The position numbers and the translations under genes were made by a program. DNA of 64,000 nucleotides, from positions 211,907 through 275,906 of the forward strand of contig CBDBDS010000012.1 in the NCBI GenBank assembly GCA_965203985.1, in the 5' to 3' direction. Source of the DNA: Dehalococcoidia bacterium (GTDB lineage Bacteria; Chloroflexota; Dehalococcoidia; Lucifugimonadales; UBA3495). The notes beneath the pieces were generated by a model, which was not told the origin of the DNA, ran no database searches, and was given only the letters and a program-made list of their open reading frames with translations. Shown here in pieces: positions 53,297 to 63,438 of the stretch (positions are counted from its first letter, which is position 1; every line of letters begins with the position of its first letter).

Positions 53297-54850
53297 TCAG
53301 TCGTTACCCGCCGTCCTCGGCTGTGGCTCGGCAGCTATCGGCGGTCGCGGGACGGCGGAGCGGTTGGACAGCGCGCGGTAGAAGGCAATCGCCGCTCCTG
53401 TGGCGAGCGCCGCGCCCAACATCAAAAACGCCCAACGCAGCCCGGCGACGAACGCCGTTGCCACCTCGGGATTAACCGCCTCAAGCTTGGGCTCCACTCC
53501 GTAGGTTGCCATGGTCGACACCACGACGGTGGTGGACACGGCGACGCTGACCACGTTCGCCGAGTTCCTGACTAATTGGGTCAGCGCCGAAACCACCCCA
53601 TATCGGCTACGGTCCACCACGCTGAGAATGCTGCTGCTGTTGGGGGAATTGAAAATTCCATTGCCCGAGCTCTGCATCATCATGGTGGCGATGACCAGCC
53701 AAACCGGGGACCGCTCCTGGAGCGCAAAGGGCCAGGACAAAAGCCCCCGCCGCGGTCAACGCCATGCCGCACACTGTCGGGACCCGCCATCCGAAACGAT
53801 CAGCCACGCGGCCGCTGAACGGCCCGATCAGCACCATGCACACCGCTGGCGGGATCATCATCAACCCTACCTGCTCCGGTGAATATTGCAGCACGCGCTG
53901 CAAGTAGAATGGCATCATGAAACGCGCAGCCGACGAACCGAAGAACGACAACCACGCCGCGGCAACCCCCAGCCCGAATATCTGGTTGGTGAACAGCCGC
54001 AGGTCCAGCATCGGCGCGCGGACTCTCAGCTCCCACCAGATGAAACCTGCCATCAGGACCGCCACCGCGACAACACCCACGATGACCGGGGTGGACAACC
54101 AGCCCAACCCGTTGCCATTGCCTACCACCAGCAAAAGAACGAGGAGTATCACTCCGGAAACCGCGGCACCGGTCCAATCGAATGAGGACGCTCCTTGCCC
54201 CCGGTGGTACTGACCCGCACCCGGACCTCGTTCCAGCAGGAGCCATGCGAGCACCAGCACCAGGCCGCCCGCCGGAACATTGATGTAAAACACCGATTGC
54301 CAGCCGAACCACGCCACGAGGAAGCCACCCACGGCCGGACCGGCGATCGCTCCCATTCCTACGACGCTGAGGTGTGTGCCCAGGGCCTTGCCACGCTCAG
54401 AGTCTGGGAAGGCCGCGATCATCATGCCCATGCCGCAGCCCTGGACCATGCCTGCTCCTACCCCCTTCAAGACGCGCATTACAACCAGCATCTCGAGGCT
54501 GGTAGAAAGCGCGGCGCCCAGCGAAGCGAAGACGAAGATTGCCGTGCCCGTCACGTAGACCCTGCGTCGACCAACGACATCACCCAGACGACCCATGGGC
54601 AGCAGGAGAACGCTGATTACCAACGCGTACGCGACCACCACCCACTGAACCGATTCCAACGACGCGTCGAAATGGGACTCGATGCCGGGCAGCGCCACGA
54701 GCACGCTGCCGTGATCGACCACCGAGAAAAATGTGCCGGCGGCTATGGTCCAGAAAGCCCACCATTTATAGGACTCGCTGGACGTTATGCGTTGGATCAA
54801 CTGCGTGACTGCCTGGGACCGGACCGTGCGGCGAATAGGATGACCATCAT
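53297..54850 (-). pseudogene. DHA2-type (14-TM, EmrB-like) MFS transporter with apparent frameshifts near both ends
   Basis: The MFS body is read in the frame of the 864-aa ORF. An RBS+ATG (AAGGAGTATGATG, 54850) is out of frame with that body. The C-terminal ~145 aa continue in another frame (ORF 53297-53740), with the shift near 53715-53750. Confidence 0.6.
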
Positions 54851-54874
54851 ACTCCTTTCGGAAACCTGACGCTG

Positions 54875-56150
54875 CTACTCCTTGGTGACCGGGGCCATCA
54901 GGCCAAACGCCGCACGCGGCCCAGCACAAACCCAGCATACCGCCGAAGCGCCGAGGCCGAGAACCGCAATCATTGCCATGGCCGTGGACGACGATGTCAC
55001 GTCTGAGAGGATTCCGACACCCAGGCTTGCCACGACCAGGAATCCCCGATCCAAAGCTCTGCAGGCTGGTCATGCGTCCGCGCAGGCTGTCCGGCGCCAA
55101 GGTCTGAATTAACGTGCCGCGGGCGGTCCGGAAAACTGCCTGGCTGAATGCCATAGCCGCGATGAAAAGGAATGCCAGTGCCATCCACTTGGAAAAAGCG
55201 AAAACCAGTAGCGTGGCGGAACTGCCGACGGCTGCTCCCAGCACCACCTTCCCCTTCGGGAATATGAACCCGAATGTGGCCATCATGAGCGCCGCCAGCA
55301 GGCCTCCGACGCCGGTCACTGCCAACAGATAGCCGCCCACGTCGGCGTCTCGATGCAACACCTCGGTAGTGAACACGGGAAACAGGAACCACGAAGGGTG
55401 CAGGATGATATTGGGAATGATCGACAAGATCATCAGTTGGAAGAAGGCTCGTTCCCCACTCCAAACGTAGCGCAGTCCTTCGATCATGTTGGACATCGCC
55501 GATCCGCGCTGGCGGGCATTTCCTGGCGTGTGGAACGGAGTGCGCAGCCTGAAGATCATCAGGACGTTCACCAGGTAGAGGCACGCTTCGATAGTGAAGT
55601 TCCAGAAGAACCCCAGAGTGAAAATCAGGATTCCGCCGACAAACGGGCCAACGGTTCGTGTACCCGTGATGGTCAACACGTTGGTGGCCAGCGCGTTCCC
55701 GAGCATCTCCCGGGGAACGGTGCCGGCGATCAACGCCTGGCGCATGGGCTGGACTGTAGAGTGACAGCAGCCCGCGAGTATCACGTACAGGTAGGCATGC
55801 CAAATCTGCACCTTTCCGGTCAGGATCAAAAGCGCGAAAGCCAAGGCCAGCACCGCCATCGCAGTCTGGAGGGCCATGACCAACTTGCGCCGGTCGAACC
55901 GGTCGCTCAGCACGCCGCCCCAGGGTCCAACCACCAGGCCGGGCAGCGTATTGATTCCGCCCACCGTGACCACCAACAATCCGGCTACGTTTGAGCCTTC
56001 GGATAACTCCCGGACCAGCCAGCCCACGCTCAGCAATTGCAGCCATTGAGCGTTGTTGGCAAAGAAATTGCCGAACCACAGGTACCGGAAGTCCCGGTAA
56101 GCAAGCCAGGCGTCCAGCGTGTGCAGGCGTGGCAACCGTGCGGTTCGCAA
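54875..56150 (-). pseudogene. MFS transporter (paralogue of 56162-57352) with a 1-nt frameshift near 55053-55058
   Basis: After ...RGRMTSLQ the paralogue-like sequence ALDRGFLVVASLGVGILSDVTSSSTAMAMIAVLGLG... continues in another frame to TAG 54875-77. The TTG start at 56150 is preceded by GAGGGA. Confidence 0.6.
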
Positions 56151-56161
56151 ACGGCTCCCTC

Positions 56162-57352
56162 TTAACGCAGCGCCCGCACTCGCCGCAGCGTGGCGAAACA
56201 CCCTAGCGTTACCGACAACCCCAGACAGCCAAGCGCCAGGATAGCCATCGATGCCGAAGTAAAATCAGCGAAAATGCCCACGACAACGCTCACACCGATC
56301 AGGAAAGAACGCTCGTAGGCCAACAAGGCCATGGTGCGCGCGCGGAAGCGGTCCGGCACGATGGTCAGTACCAGCGTCCCCTGCGTGGTGCGGAAGTAGG
56401 CCTGGAAGAACGACATCGCGCCCAGGACGGTGAACGCGGCCCAGGGCCACACGGAGAAGGCGAACAGGATGGTGGTCAGCGACGACAACGCCGCCGCGCC
56501 AAACAGGATGTAACCGCGCCGGAAGGGCAATCCCCAGGTGGCGATGGTCAGCGTGGAGATCAGGCCGCCCACTCCGGTGATCGCCAGCAGATAACCGCCC
56601 ATGTTGGCGTGGGCCTGCATGACTTCGACCGTAAACAGCGGCAGCAGGAACCAGACGGGGTGCAAAATGGTATTTGGAACCACCGACAGCACCGCAATTT
56701 CCAGGACTTCGCGTTGGTTCCGCCAAAGGTGAAGCAGGCCGTCCTTGATGTCTCCCAGCGGGGTGAAGCGCCGCTGTTCCTCCGCCGGTTCGGTGCCTGT
56801 GTATGGCGTCCGCATTGGCAGCAACATCAGCACCACGCCCGGGTACAGGGCGGCTTCCAGGGCGAAGTTCCAGAAATATCCCAGAGTGAATATCAGGATT
56901 CCGCCGAAGAATGGGCCGAAAATGCGGGTCCCGGTCACGGTGAGAGTGTTGATGGCGTAGGCGTTGACCAGCGCATCACGAGGGACAGTATTGGAAATCA
57001 GAACCTGCTGCAACGGTTGGGTGATGGCCAGGCAAGAACCGGAAATCAAAACGTACGCGTAGGCGTGCCAGGGCCGCACGTAATCAGTGGCGACCAGGAA
57101 AGCGAAGCCCAAAGCCAGCAATGCGCTCACGGACTGTAATGAGATTGCCAGCTTCCGACGATCCAGGCGGTCGCCCAGTACTCCGGTTATGGGGTTGATC
57201 AGGAGCCCGGGCAGGGTGTTGAGGGCGCTAACCGACAGTACCAATAAACCGCCGATGCCGGAGCCCGCAGACAAGTCCTTAACCAGCCACCCGATGCTCA
57301 GCAGTTGGAGCCATTGGCCCGTGAAACCACAAAAATTTGCCAGCCACAGCAA
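56162..57352 (-). CDS. MFS transporter (EntS/MFS_3-like); true start probably upstream at a non-ATG codon
   Basis: About 12 TM helices. Upstream in-frame sequence (...LRLPRLHTLDAWLAYRDFR) matches the N-terminus of the paralogue, but no ATG/GTG lies between the stop TAA and 57352. Confidence 0.7.
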   Translation of the reverse strand: MLWLANFCGFTGQWLQLLSIGWLVKDLSAGSGIGGLLVLSVSALNTLPGLLINPITGVLGDRLDRRKLAISLQSVSALLALGFAFLVATDYVRPWHAYAYVLISGSCLAITQPLQQVLISNTVPRDALVNAYAINTLTVTGTRIFGPFFGGILIFTLGYFWNFALEAALYPGVVLMLLPMRTPYTGTEPAEEQRRFTPLGDIKDGLLHLWRNQREVLEIAVLSVVPNTILHPVWFLLPLFTVEVMQAHANMGGYLLAITGVGGLISTLTIATWGLPFRRGYILFGAAALSSLTTILFAFSVWPWAAFTVLGAMSFFQAYFRTTQGTLVLTIVPDRFRARTMALLAYERSFLIGVSVVVGIFADFTSASMAILALGCLGLSVTLGCFATLRRVRALR

Positions 57353-57713
57353 CCGGAAATCCCGGTAGGCCAGCCAGGCATCCAGAGTATGCAGACGCGG
57401 AAGTCGAAGCGACGGAATGATTGGGCTCTCGCTTGGTTATGGGTAGTTTTGCCTTGAATGCGATGGCAGGTGGGAAACGCCGTGGCATGGCGGAAGCGGA
57501 AACATGGTGCGCTCGCTCTGAATTGTTGTCAATACGACCGGCGCCGGCCGGAACCAACGTCGTTTCACCCCGAGGAATCGATGACCAGTGTACTCCGACC
57601 GCTATGATATGATGGCCGTCGATCCTCCGAGTTCCGACCCAACGGACGTTCTTCCGCCCTGCGACGGATTGGTTACAAACATGCGTTGGGCGTCGGCCCC
57701 TCCCGGTGAAAAT

Positions 57714-59123
57714 ATGCAAGTCGACTCCCAACGCGCCCTGATGGCTCATCTACTGCGCCGCGCCGGATCCGGCGCGACCCCGGTGGAACTCGATACCTAT
57801 TGCGCCTGGGGCTATGAGGAAACGGTCGAGTGGCTGTTGCATCCGAAGGACCACCCCACGCTGGAAGAAGACATCATCGAGCGGTACTACATCGACTGGA
57901 AGGAGAGCCGCAACATCGAGGGAGCGCTGACCGAAACGGTTTATCGCATGAACTGCAACGCGGGCGTGAGACCTCTCCAGGAAAAGATCGCGCTGTTCTG
58001 GCACGGAGTGTTCGCCACCGGTTTGGCCAAAGTGCTGCACGAGAAAACGATGCTCAATCAGATCGACATGTTTCGGCAATACGGTCTGGGCAGTTTCCAG
58101 GATTTGTTGCGCCAATTGGCCCGGGACCCGGCCATGATTTTCTGGCTGGACAACAATTTCAATCACAAAGACGCCATCAATGAGAACTGGGGGCGGGAAC
58201 TGCTGGAGTTGTTCTCCATGGGCGTGGGGATGGACGGCCAACCCAACTACACGGAAGACGACGTCCAGGAGGCCGCCCGAGCCTTCACCGGCTGGACGAT
58301 TGACGACGATAACGTGGCGAGTATCCCATACGGAAAGACCCCCTGGCTGTTCCGTTACGATCAGGAAGATCACGACGCCGGGACAAAGACATTCCTGGGA
58401 GAAACGGGCAACTTCGATGGCGACGACATCATTGAAATCATCTGCCGCCAGCCCTCGACCGCGCGATTCATCAGCCGGCATCTCTATAACTTCTTCGTAG
58501 CAGACGACGTTCAGGTGCCGGCGTGGCAGAACACGCCGCCACCCGATCCTGATGCCGTCGCAACGCTGGAGTCCGAATACTTCCGGTCCGGCTACGACAT
58601 TCGGTCCATGCTGCGCGTGATGTTCACCTCAGAGTTCTTCAAGTCGGAAAAGGCGCGCTTCGCCAGGGTCAAAAGCCCCGCTGAAGTGGTGGTCGGCACG
58701 CTGCACCTCGTCGGGGATTTCAAATTCCCCCGGGTCGGTTTCATGGATACGGCGCTGGAATGCCGCTACATGAACCAGGACCTGCTGAATCCACCGTCGG
58801 TGGAAGGTTGGCATACCGGCAGGGAATGGATCGACAGCGGCAGCATGGTGGAGCGCATCAACTACGTGGCCGACAATTTGGGAGACACTACCCATCCCGG
58901 CGTGAGAGCCATCGTAACGAAACTCGCGGACCGCAACCCAGACGCGCCAGAGATCGTAGACGGATGCCTGGACTTGTTGGGCAATGTCATGCTTCGGGAA
59001 GACAACCGGAACGCTCTGGTCGCCCAGGCTGAGGCCGCGATCGATGCAGGCGCCGGCGTCGAAACCGTTATCCTGAACGCGCTGCGAATGATCGGATCCA
59101 CGCGGGAATACCAGTTCGCGTAG
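57714..59123 (+). CDS. DUF1800 domain protein
   Basis: MAHLLRRAGSGATPVELD...VEWLL and the later WHGVFAT / FWLDN motifs are typical of DUF1800. The start is set at ATG 57714. Confidence 0.75.
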   Translation: MQVDSQRALMAHLLRRAGSGATPVELDTYCAWGYEETVEWLLHPKDHPTLEEDIIERYYIDWKESRNIEGALTETVYRMNCNAGVRPLQEKIALFWHGVFATGLAKVLHEKTMLNQIDMFRQYGLGSFQDLLRQLARDPAMIFWLDNNFNHKDAINENWGRELLELFSMGVGMDGQPNYTEDDVQEAARAFTGWTIDDDNVASIPYGKTPWLFRYDQEDHDAGTKTFLGETGNFDGDDIIEIICRQPSTARFISRHLYNFFVADDVQVPAWQNTPPPDPDAVATLESEYFRSGYDIRSMLRVMFTSEFFKSEKARFARVKSPAEVVVGTLHLVGDFKFPRVGFMDTALECRYMNQDLLNPPSVEGWHTGREWIDSGSMVERINYVADNLGDTTHPGVRAIVTKLADRNPDAPEIVDGCLDLLGNVMLREDNRNALVAQAEAAIDAGAGVETVILNALRMIGSTREYQFA

Positions 59124-59264
59124 CCAGCCGTACCGCGACGCCTTGAACCGCGTTGCTGTCCAGCGGAAGCAAAGACCAGACTATCGAGCGCGAATTCGCT
59201 ACACGGGGAACAGACTCCCTTGAGTATCAGATCGGAACCGATACCCGGTGCGGCTAGGCGCTGG

Positions 59265-60428
59265 ATGTCTGATGCGCAATCGGCTTTGGTTGATGTGGCT
59301 GACGAACTGGCCCGTGAACGTTTTGGGCCGCGTGCGGCGCACTACGATGCCGAGGCGGAGTTTCCAATCGAAAACTACGTCGACCTGAGGGAAGCAGGAT
59401 TACTCGCGCTGCGCGTGCCCCCCGCGTACGGCGGCAGCGGAGTTGACCCTCTGACCTTCGCAATGTGCATTCTGGCCGTCGCGCGCGGCTGCCCGTCAAC
59501 GGCCCTGACGCTGACCATGCACACGAACGTGCTCGGCTCGTTCGTCGCCGGGTTGGGCACCCCGGAGCAGCGGCGGCGTTACTTTGCCGAAGCCGTGGAG
59601 GCGGGCAAGCTGTTCGCGTCTATAACCAGCGAGCCCGGGGTGTCCGCCAGAGAGCGGTTCGTATTGTCCACCACTTTCACGCCCCAGGATGACGGTGGCT
59701 ACCGCGTTTCCGGCGTCAAGCATTTTTGCTCCCTGGCCGATGCTGCGGACTATTTCTTCGTTTCCGGCGTAGTGGAAGGAAGCGGCGGCGGCAGTGACAA
59801 TATCCTGTCAGCGATGATCCGGAGCGATATGAGCGGCGTCCGCGTGACCGGCGAATGGAATGCGGTGGGTATGCGGGCCACGGCGAGCCACACGGTCAAC
59901 TTCGATACCGTGGCGCCGCACGACGCGGTATTCGGGCCGCCGGGTCGATTGCTCAGCGCGGACTGGGGCAGTTTTTCACTGGGGTACGCTGCCGTTTACC
60001 TGGGAATTGCGGAGGCTGCGTACAACCACATCCGGGAGTACGTGACTGCTCGAACCTGGACGCCCGGTGGAGACGTGATGATCGGTCATCCGTCGACCCA
60101 GCAAACGATTGGACAGATGGGCCTGTCAATCCATTCCGGTCGGCTCCTGCTGGTCGACGCGGCACTGACGGACCGGGATGCGGACCAGACCGGAGCCGTC
60201 CTGGCGGTAAACCGAGCCAAGCAATACTGCGCCGAAGTGGGTTCACGGGTAACCGACGCGGCCATGCGGCTCGCCGGGGGTGGCGGGCTGCTCAAGTCAT
60301 CGCCGCTGGAGCGATTGCGGCGGGATGCCCTGTCGGGACCGGTGATGCCACCGGCCAATGATCGATGCCTCGAAACCATTGGCAAGCTGGAATGTGGATT
60401 GCCCGCGGTCACAATCGAGCTGAGTTAA
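59265..60428 (+). CDS. Acyl-CoA dehydrogenase family protein (start 59220 TTG or 59265 ATG)
   Basis: ACAD three-domain layout (…FPIENYVDLREAGLL…, …TSEPG…, C-terminal helical domain …RLAGGGGL…PLERLRRDA…). Confidence 0.8.
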   Translation: MSDAQSALVDVADELARERFGPRAAHYDAEAEFPIENYVDLREAGLLALRVPPAYGGSGVDPLTFAMCILAVARGCPSTALTLTMHTNVLGSFVAGLGTPEQRRRYFAEAVEAGKLFASITSEPGVSARERFVLSTTFTPQDDGGYRVSGVKHFCSLADAADYFFVSGVVEGSGGGSDNILSAMIRSDMSGVRVTGEWNAVGMRATASHTVNFDTVAPHDAVFGPPGRLLSADWGSFSLGYAAVYLGIAEAAYNHIREYVTARTWTPGGDVMIGHPSTQQTIGQMGLSIHSGRLLLVDAALTDRDADQTGAVLAVNRAKQYCAEVGSRVTDAAMRLAGGGGLLKSSPLERLRRDALSGPVMPPANDRCLETIGKLECGLPAVTIELS

Positions 60429-60436
60429 GGAATGGC

Positions 60437-61420
60437 ATGACCACAACTGTCGAACATCCGGCATCCGTTGCCGGACTGTACCGGTACCACGACGTGATTG
60501 GCCTGCTATCGGCCGGAGGGCCGGGGTTCAGCGGACCGGTTTCGTTGGCGCTGGGACCAGACGGGTTGTTGCACGTGGCCAGCCGCGCCAACCCAAACCA
60601 ACCTGAAGCGGTGAGGGTAACCAGATGCAGTTTCGAAGGGGACTACGTCGGCGAATTCTGCGGCTGGGGCGAGGCTCTGGGACAGTTCATCTGGGTCACA
60701 GCGATAGCCTTCGGACCCGACGGCAACCTGTATCTGGCGGACGAAAATACCCATCGCATCTCCAGGTTTACTTCTGAAGGCAGGTTCCTGGATCATTGGG
60801 GCGAATTCGGCAGTGGCTTTGGCCAAATGAACCGGCCCTCCGGCATGGCTTTCACTCCGGACGGCACGGTGGTGATCGCTGATTCGCTGAACCATCGTGT
60901 TCAACGCTTCACCATGCACGGCAGCCCGCTGACCGCCTGGGGCATCCATGGCGACGGGCCGGGTCAGTTCGATATGCCCTGGGGTATCGCTGTGGACTCG
61001 GATGGTGCAGTGTACGTGTCCGACTGGCGCAATGACCGGGTCCAGAAATTTGACCCGGATGGCCGATTTCTGGACGAGTTTGACGGGAAAAACGGTGGTG
61101 ACGGGTTCGCACGACCCAACGGACTGGCCGTCGGCGGAGGTCGCATCTACGTGTGCGATTGGTGGAACGACCGCGTGCAGGTGCTGGACACTGACGGGCA
61201 AGTGATCGACACCTTGATCGGCCACTCAGGAACGTCCAAGTGGGCGCGGACGTTCCTCGATGCCAACCCGGACATCGAGGAGAAGCTCGATAAGGCGACG
61301 CAGAACATTGAGCTGAAGCGCCGCTTCTATCGGCCCACGGCGGTCACGTTGAGCGCGGACGGGTTGGTGTTCGTCGCTGACTGCTATCGGCACCGCGTAC
61401 AGATTTATCGAAGACTTTAG
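60437..61420 (+). CDS. NHL-repeat beta-propeller protein
   Basis: Six repeats each ending in the NHL signature (NTHRISRF, LNHRVQRF, RNDRVQKF, WNDRVQVL, YRHRVQIY ...). ATG 60437 has an AAGGA RBS. Confidence 0.75.
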   Translation: MTTTVEHPASVAGLYRYHDVIGLLSAGGPGFSGPVSLALGPDGLLHVASRANPNQPEAVRVTRCSFEGDYVGEFCGWGEALGQFIWVTAIAFGPDGNLYLADENTHRISRFTSEGRFLDHWGEFGSGFGQMNRPSGMAFTPDGTVVIADSLNHRVQRFTMHGSPLTAWGIHGDGPGQFDMPWGIAVDSDGAVYVSDWRNDRVQKFDPDGRFLDEFDGKNGGDGFARPNGLAVGGGRIYVCDWWNDRVQVLDTDGQVIDTLIGHSGTSKWARTFLDANPDIEEKLDKATQNIELKRRFYRPTAVTLSADGLVFVADCYRHRVQIYRRL

Positions 61421-61478
61421 CGGGTCTTCCAGAGTTCAATTTCCGATTCGACCGGTCCCAGTGGCTAAAGGAGGTACC

Positions 61479-61901
61479 ATGACCAGCAGCAACGGCCTGA
61501 GGGCAAACCAGGAAGTCGGAACGACGGTACTCGTCGTCATGATGGAAGTAGACGAGGCCGACGACGAAGTGTTCAACAAATGGTACAACGAGGAGCACCT
61601 GCCGGAGCGCATGTCCATCCCCGGCTACGTCAGCGCCCGGAGGTTCATGCTGGATCCGGAGGACGACCAGGCGAACGGAGCGCTGCGGTATTTGTGCATC
61701 TGGGAAATGGAAAACGACAGCCCATTGCAGTCCCAGTTCTACAAGGACCAGAATGCGAAGCCCACCCCCACGAAAGAGGCCGCTAACGGCGTCGTGAAGC
61801 AGCGGGCTCGGGGGCTCTACCGGCAGATCTTCCCGGCCTCCGGCGGATACAACGACCGCAGCGGGTACACCTACCCAGACGGCACCAGGATAGGCGCATA
61901 G
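61479..61901 (+). CDS. DUF4286/EthD-like (dimeric alpha-beta barrel) protein
   Basis: FNKWYNEEHLPERMSIPGYVSARRF is typical of this family. AAGGAGG lies 4 nt before ATG 61479. Confidence 0.5.
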   Translation: MTSSNGLRANQEVGTTVLVVMMEVDEADDEVFNKWYNEEHLPERMSIPGYVSARRFMLDPEDDQANGALRYLCIWEMENDSPLQSQFYKDQNAKPTPTKEAANGVVKQRARGLYRQIFPASGGYNDRSGYTYPDGTRIGA

Positions 61902-61966
61902 GCCCACGAGCCATGGTGCGCAATTCGAAGGGCTGTCCGACGACAGCCCCTCGTGCTTGTTGATTT

Positions 61967-63340
61967 TCAGATCCGGGTGAGGCGCAGAAGATCGCCGATG
62001 TCGGTTTCGTCTTCAAGATGCCACAGGCGGGTCAGCAATTCCTCGGTTTGCTCTGGTGAAAGCAGACCCTCGCACAGCCCTCGGAACTTGCTTTCGACCT
62101 CGGTGTCGGTCATGGGGTTGAGATGGTGACCGCGGAAGTGCGCGACCTCAGAGCTGTAGATACGTCCGTCTTTCATCCGCAGATCGAAGTTGCAGAGCAT
62201 GGCCTCGGGCACCCGCCGGTTGGCTTCCTCCGACGCCTCGATGCGCGTGCGACCGATCAAGGCAGCGATGCCGGGGTCGTTGATGTGCTCGTCAGAAAAG
62301 TGGCTCTCGTTGAGGGTGTTGTAAGTCAATGCGATTGCGGTGGCGTAGGGCATGCTGTGGTCGGCTGACTCGCGGGTTTTGGGGTGATATTTCTCCTCGT
62401 CGCCGGCCATGATGTCGATGGCTTTCTGGAGCGTGCGAATGTGTATGTCCTGAACGTCCGCGACGCTAAAGCCGGGCACCTGGCGGCGAGCGTCCAACGC
62501 CGCTTCAACAACGGTTTGCGAATAGAGGCCCAGGGCAAACTGCTTGATGTTGCACTCGTGGACCTTGAACGGTTGGCCCTGGTCTCCGCCGAAGCGCTCC
62601 AGATGGTACGGTTCTTTGGTCACCGCGGAGAAGAATCCGAGTTCTCCTTCGAACACGGGGGTTGGTCCAGTCAGGCCACGCTCGGCCAGCAGAGCCGCGA
62701 ACACTGCGTTGCGGCTGGCGTTGGCATAGGCGCATCCCTTCCAGTGGGAGAGTTCGCCTACCCGGGTTTGCCCCAAGGCCAGGTTCGGCGTGATCCCCAA
62801 GTTCAGCGTCTGCTCAGTTTGCGCGGCGGACAGTCCCATGGCACGGGCCGCCCCGACCGAGCTGGCGATGGCGCCGTTGGTCACGTGATCGAAGCCCAGG
62901 GCCCTGATGTTGCTGGCATCGCCGAAGCGGCAGAACGCCTCGTACGCGACTGCCGTGGCAGTAATCAGGCGACGACCGCCCGCGCCAGCCATTTCGGCGC
63001 CGGCGAGAGTGGCGGCGATGCTATCGCTGGGATGCCCGGATTCCTGCGTAGTGTAACCATCGTTGAAATCCAGGTAGCGAATCATCACCCCGTTGGCGAA
63101 GGTGGCAAGCTCGGGGCTGCTGGTCAGGCCGCTGCCGACGATGGTTACCGGCCGGCGGTGCCCGGTGACTTCTGCTGCCAGGTCGCGGGCGATTTTGCTC
63201 GGTTCCGAGGTGTAGCCGCCGATGGCGCATCCCACGGTGTCGATAATCATCCTTTTGAGCAGATGAACCGAATCAGATGGGATGTCGCCAAAGTGCAAAT
63301 TGGCTGAGTAATTGGATACGTACTCGGCTATCGTGGTCAT
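61967..63340 (-). CDS. MmgE/PrpD family protein (2-methylcitrate dehydratase-like)
   Basis: The N-terminus ...LLKRMIIDTVGCAIGG and overall PrpD-like length and pattern. ATG 63340 has an AGGAAGGA RBS. Confidence 0.85.
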   Translation of the reverse strand: MTTIAEYVSNYSANLHFGDIPSDSVHLLKRMIIDTVGCAIGGYTSEPSKIARDLAAEVTGHRRPVTIVGSGLTSSPELATFANGVMIRYLDFNDGYTTQESGHPSDSIAATLAGAEMAGAGGRRLITATAVAYEAFCRFGDASNIRALGFDHVTNGAIASSVGAARAMGLSAAQTEQTLNLGITPNLALGQTRVGELSHWKGCAYANASRNAVFAALLAERGLTGPTPVFEGELGFFSAVTKEPYHLERFGGDQGQPFKVHECNIKQFALGLYSQTVVEAALDARRQVPGFSVADVQDIHIRTLQKAIDIMAGDEEKYHPKTRESADHSMPYATAIALTYNTLNESHFSDEHINDPGIAALIGRTRIEASEEANRRVPEAMLCNFDLRMKDGRIYSSEVAHFRGHHLNPMTDTEVESKFRGLCEGLLSPEQTEELLTRLWHLEDETDIGDLLRLTRI

Positions 63341-63438
63341 CAGAATCCTTCCTGGTCGCCGGCGAGCCCGGTCCGACGGTATGAATGCGGGGCGAACCTT
63401 CGCCCGCCCCGGTGAATAGCTTCGGCAGAGGGTAGGCG

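Noticed and set aside
53607-56201. An 864-aa ORF that looks like a fusion of two MFS transporters.
   Set aside because: The junction region (…GIPGRGKPGCRNPLRRDIVVHGHGNDCGSRPRRFGG…) is not membrane-protein-like. The paralogue-like continuation of the first MFS is found in another frame. I interpret this as read-through caused by a frameshift, not as a real fusion.
57714-59123. DUF1800 without its usual DUF1501 partner, considered as an anomaly.
   Set aside because: The absence of the partner within this window is weak evidence. The partner may be encoded elsewhere, and the downstream genes (ACAD, NHL) give no functional link.
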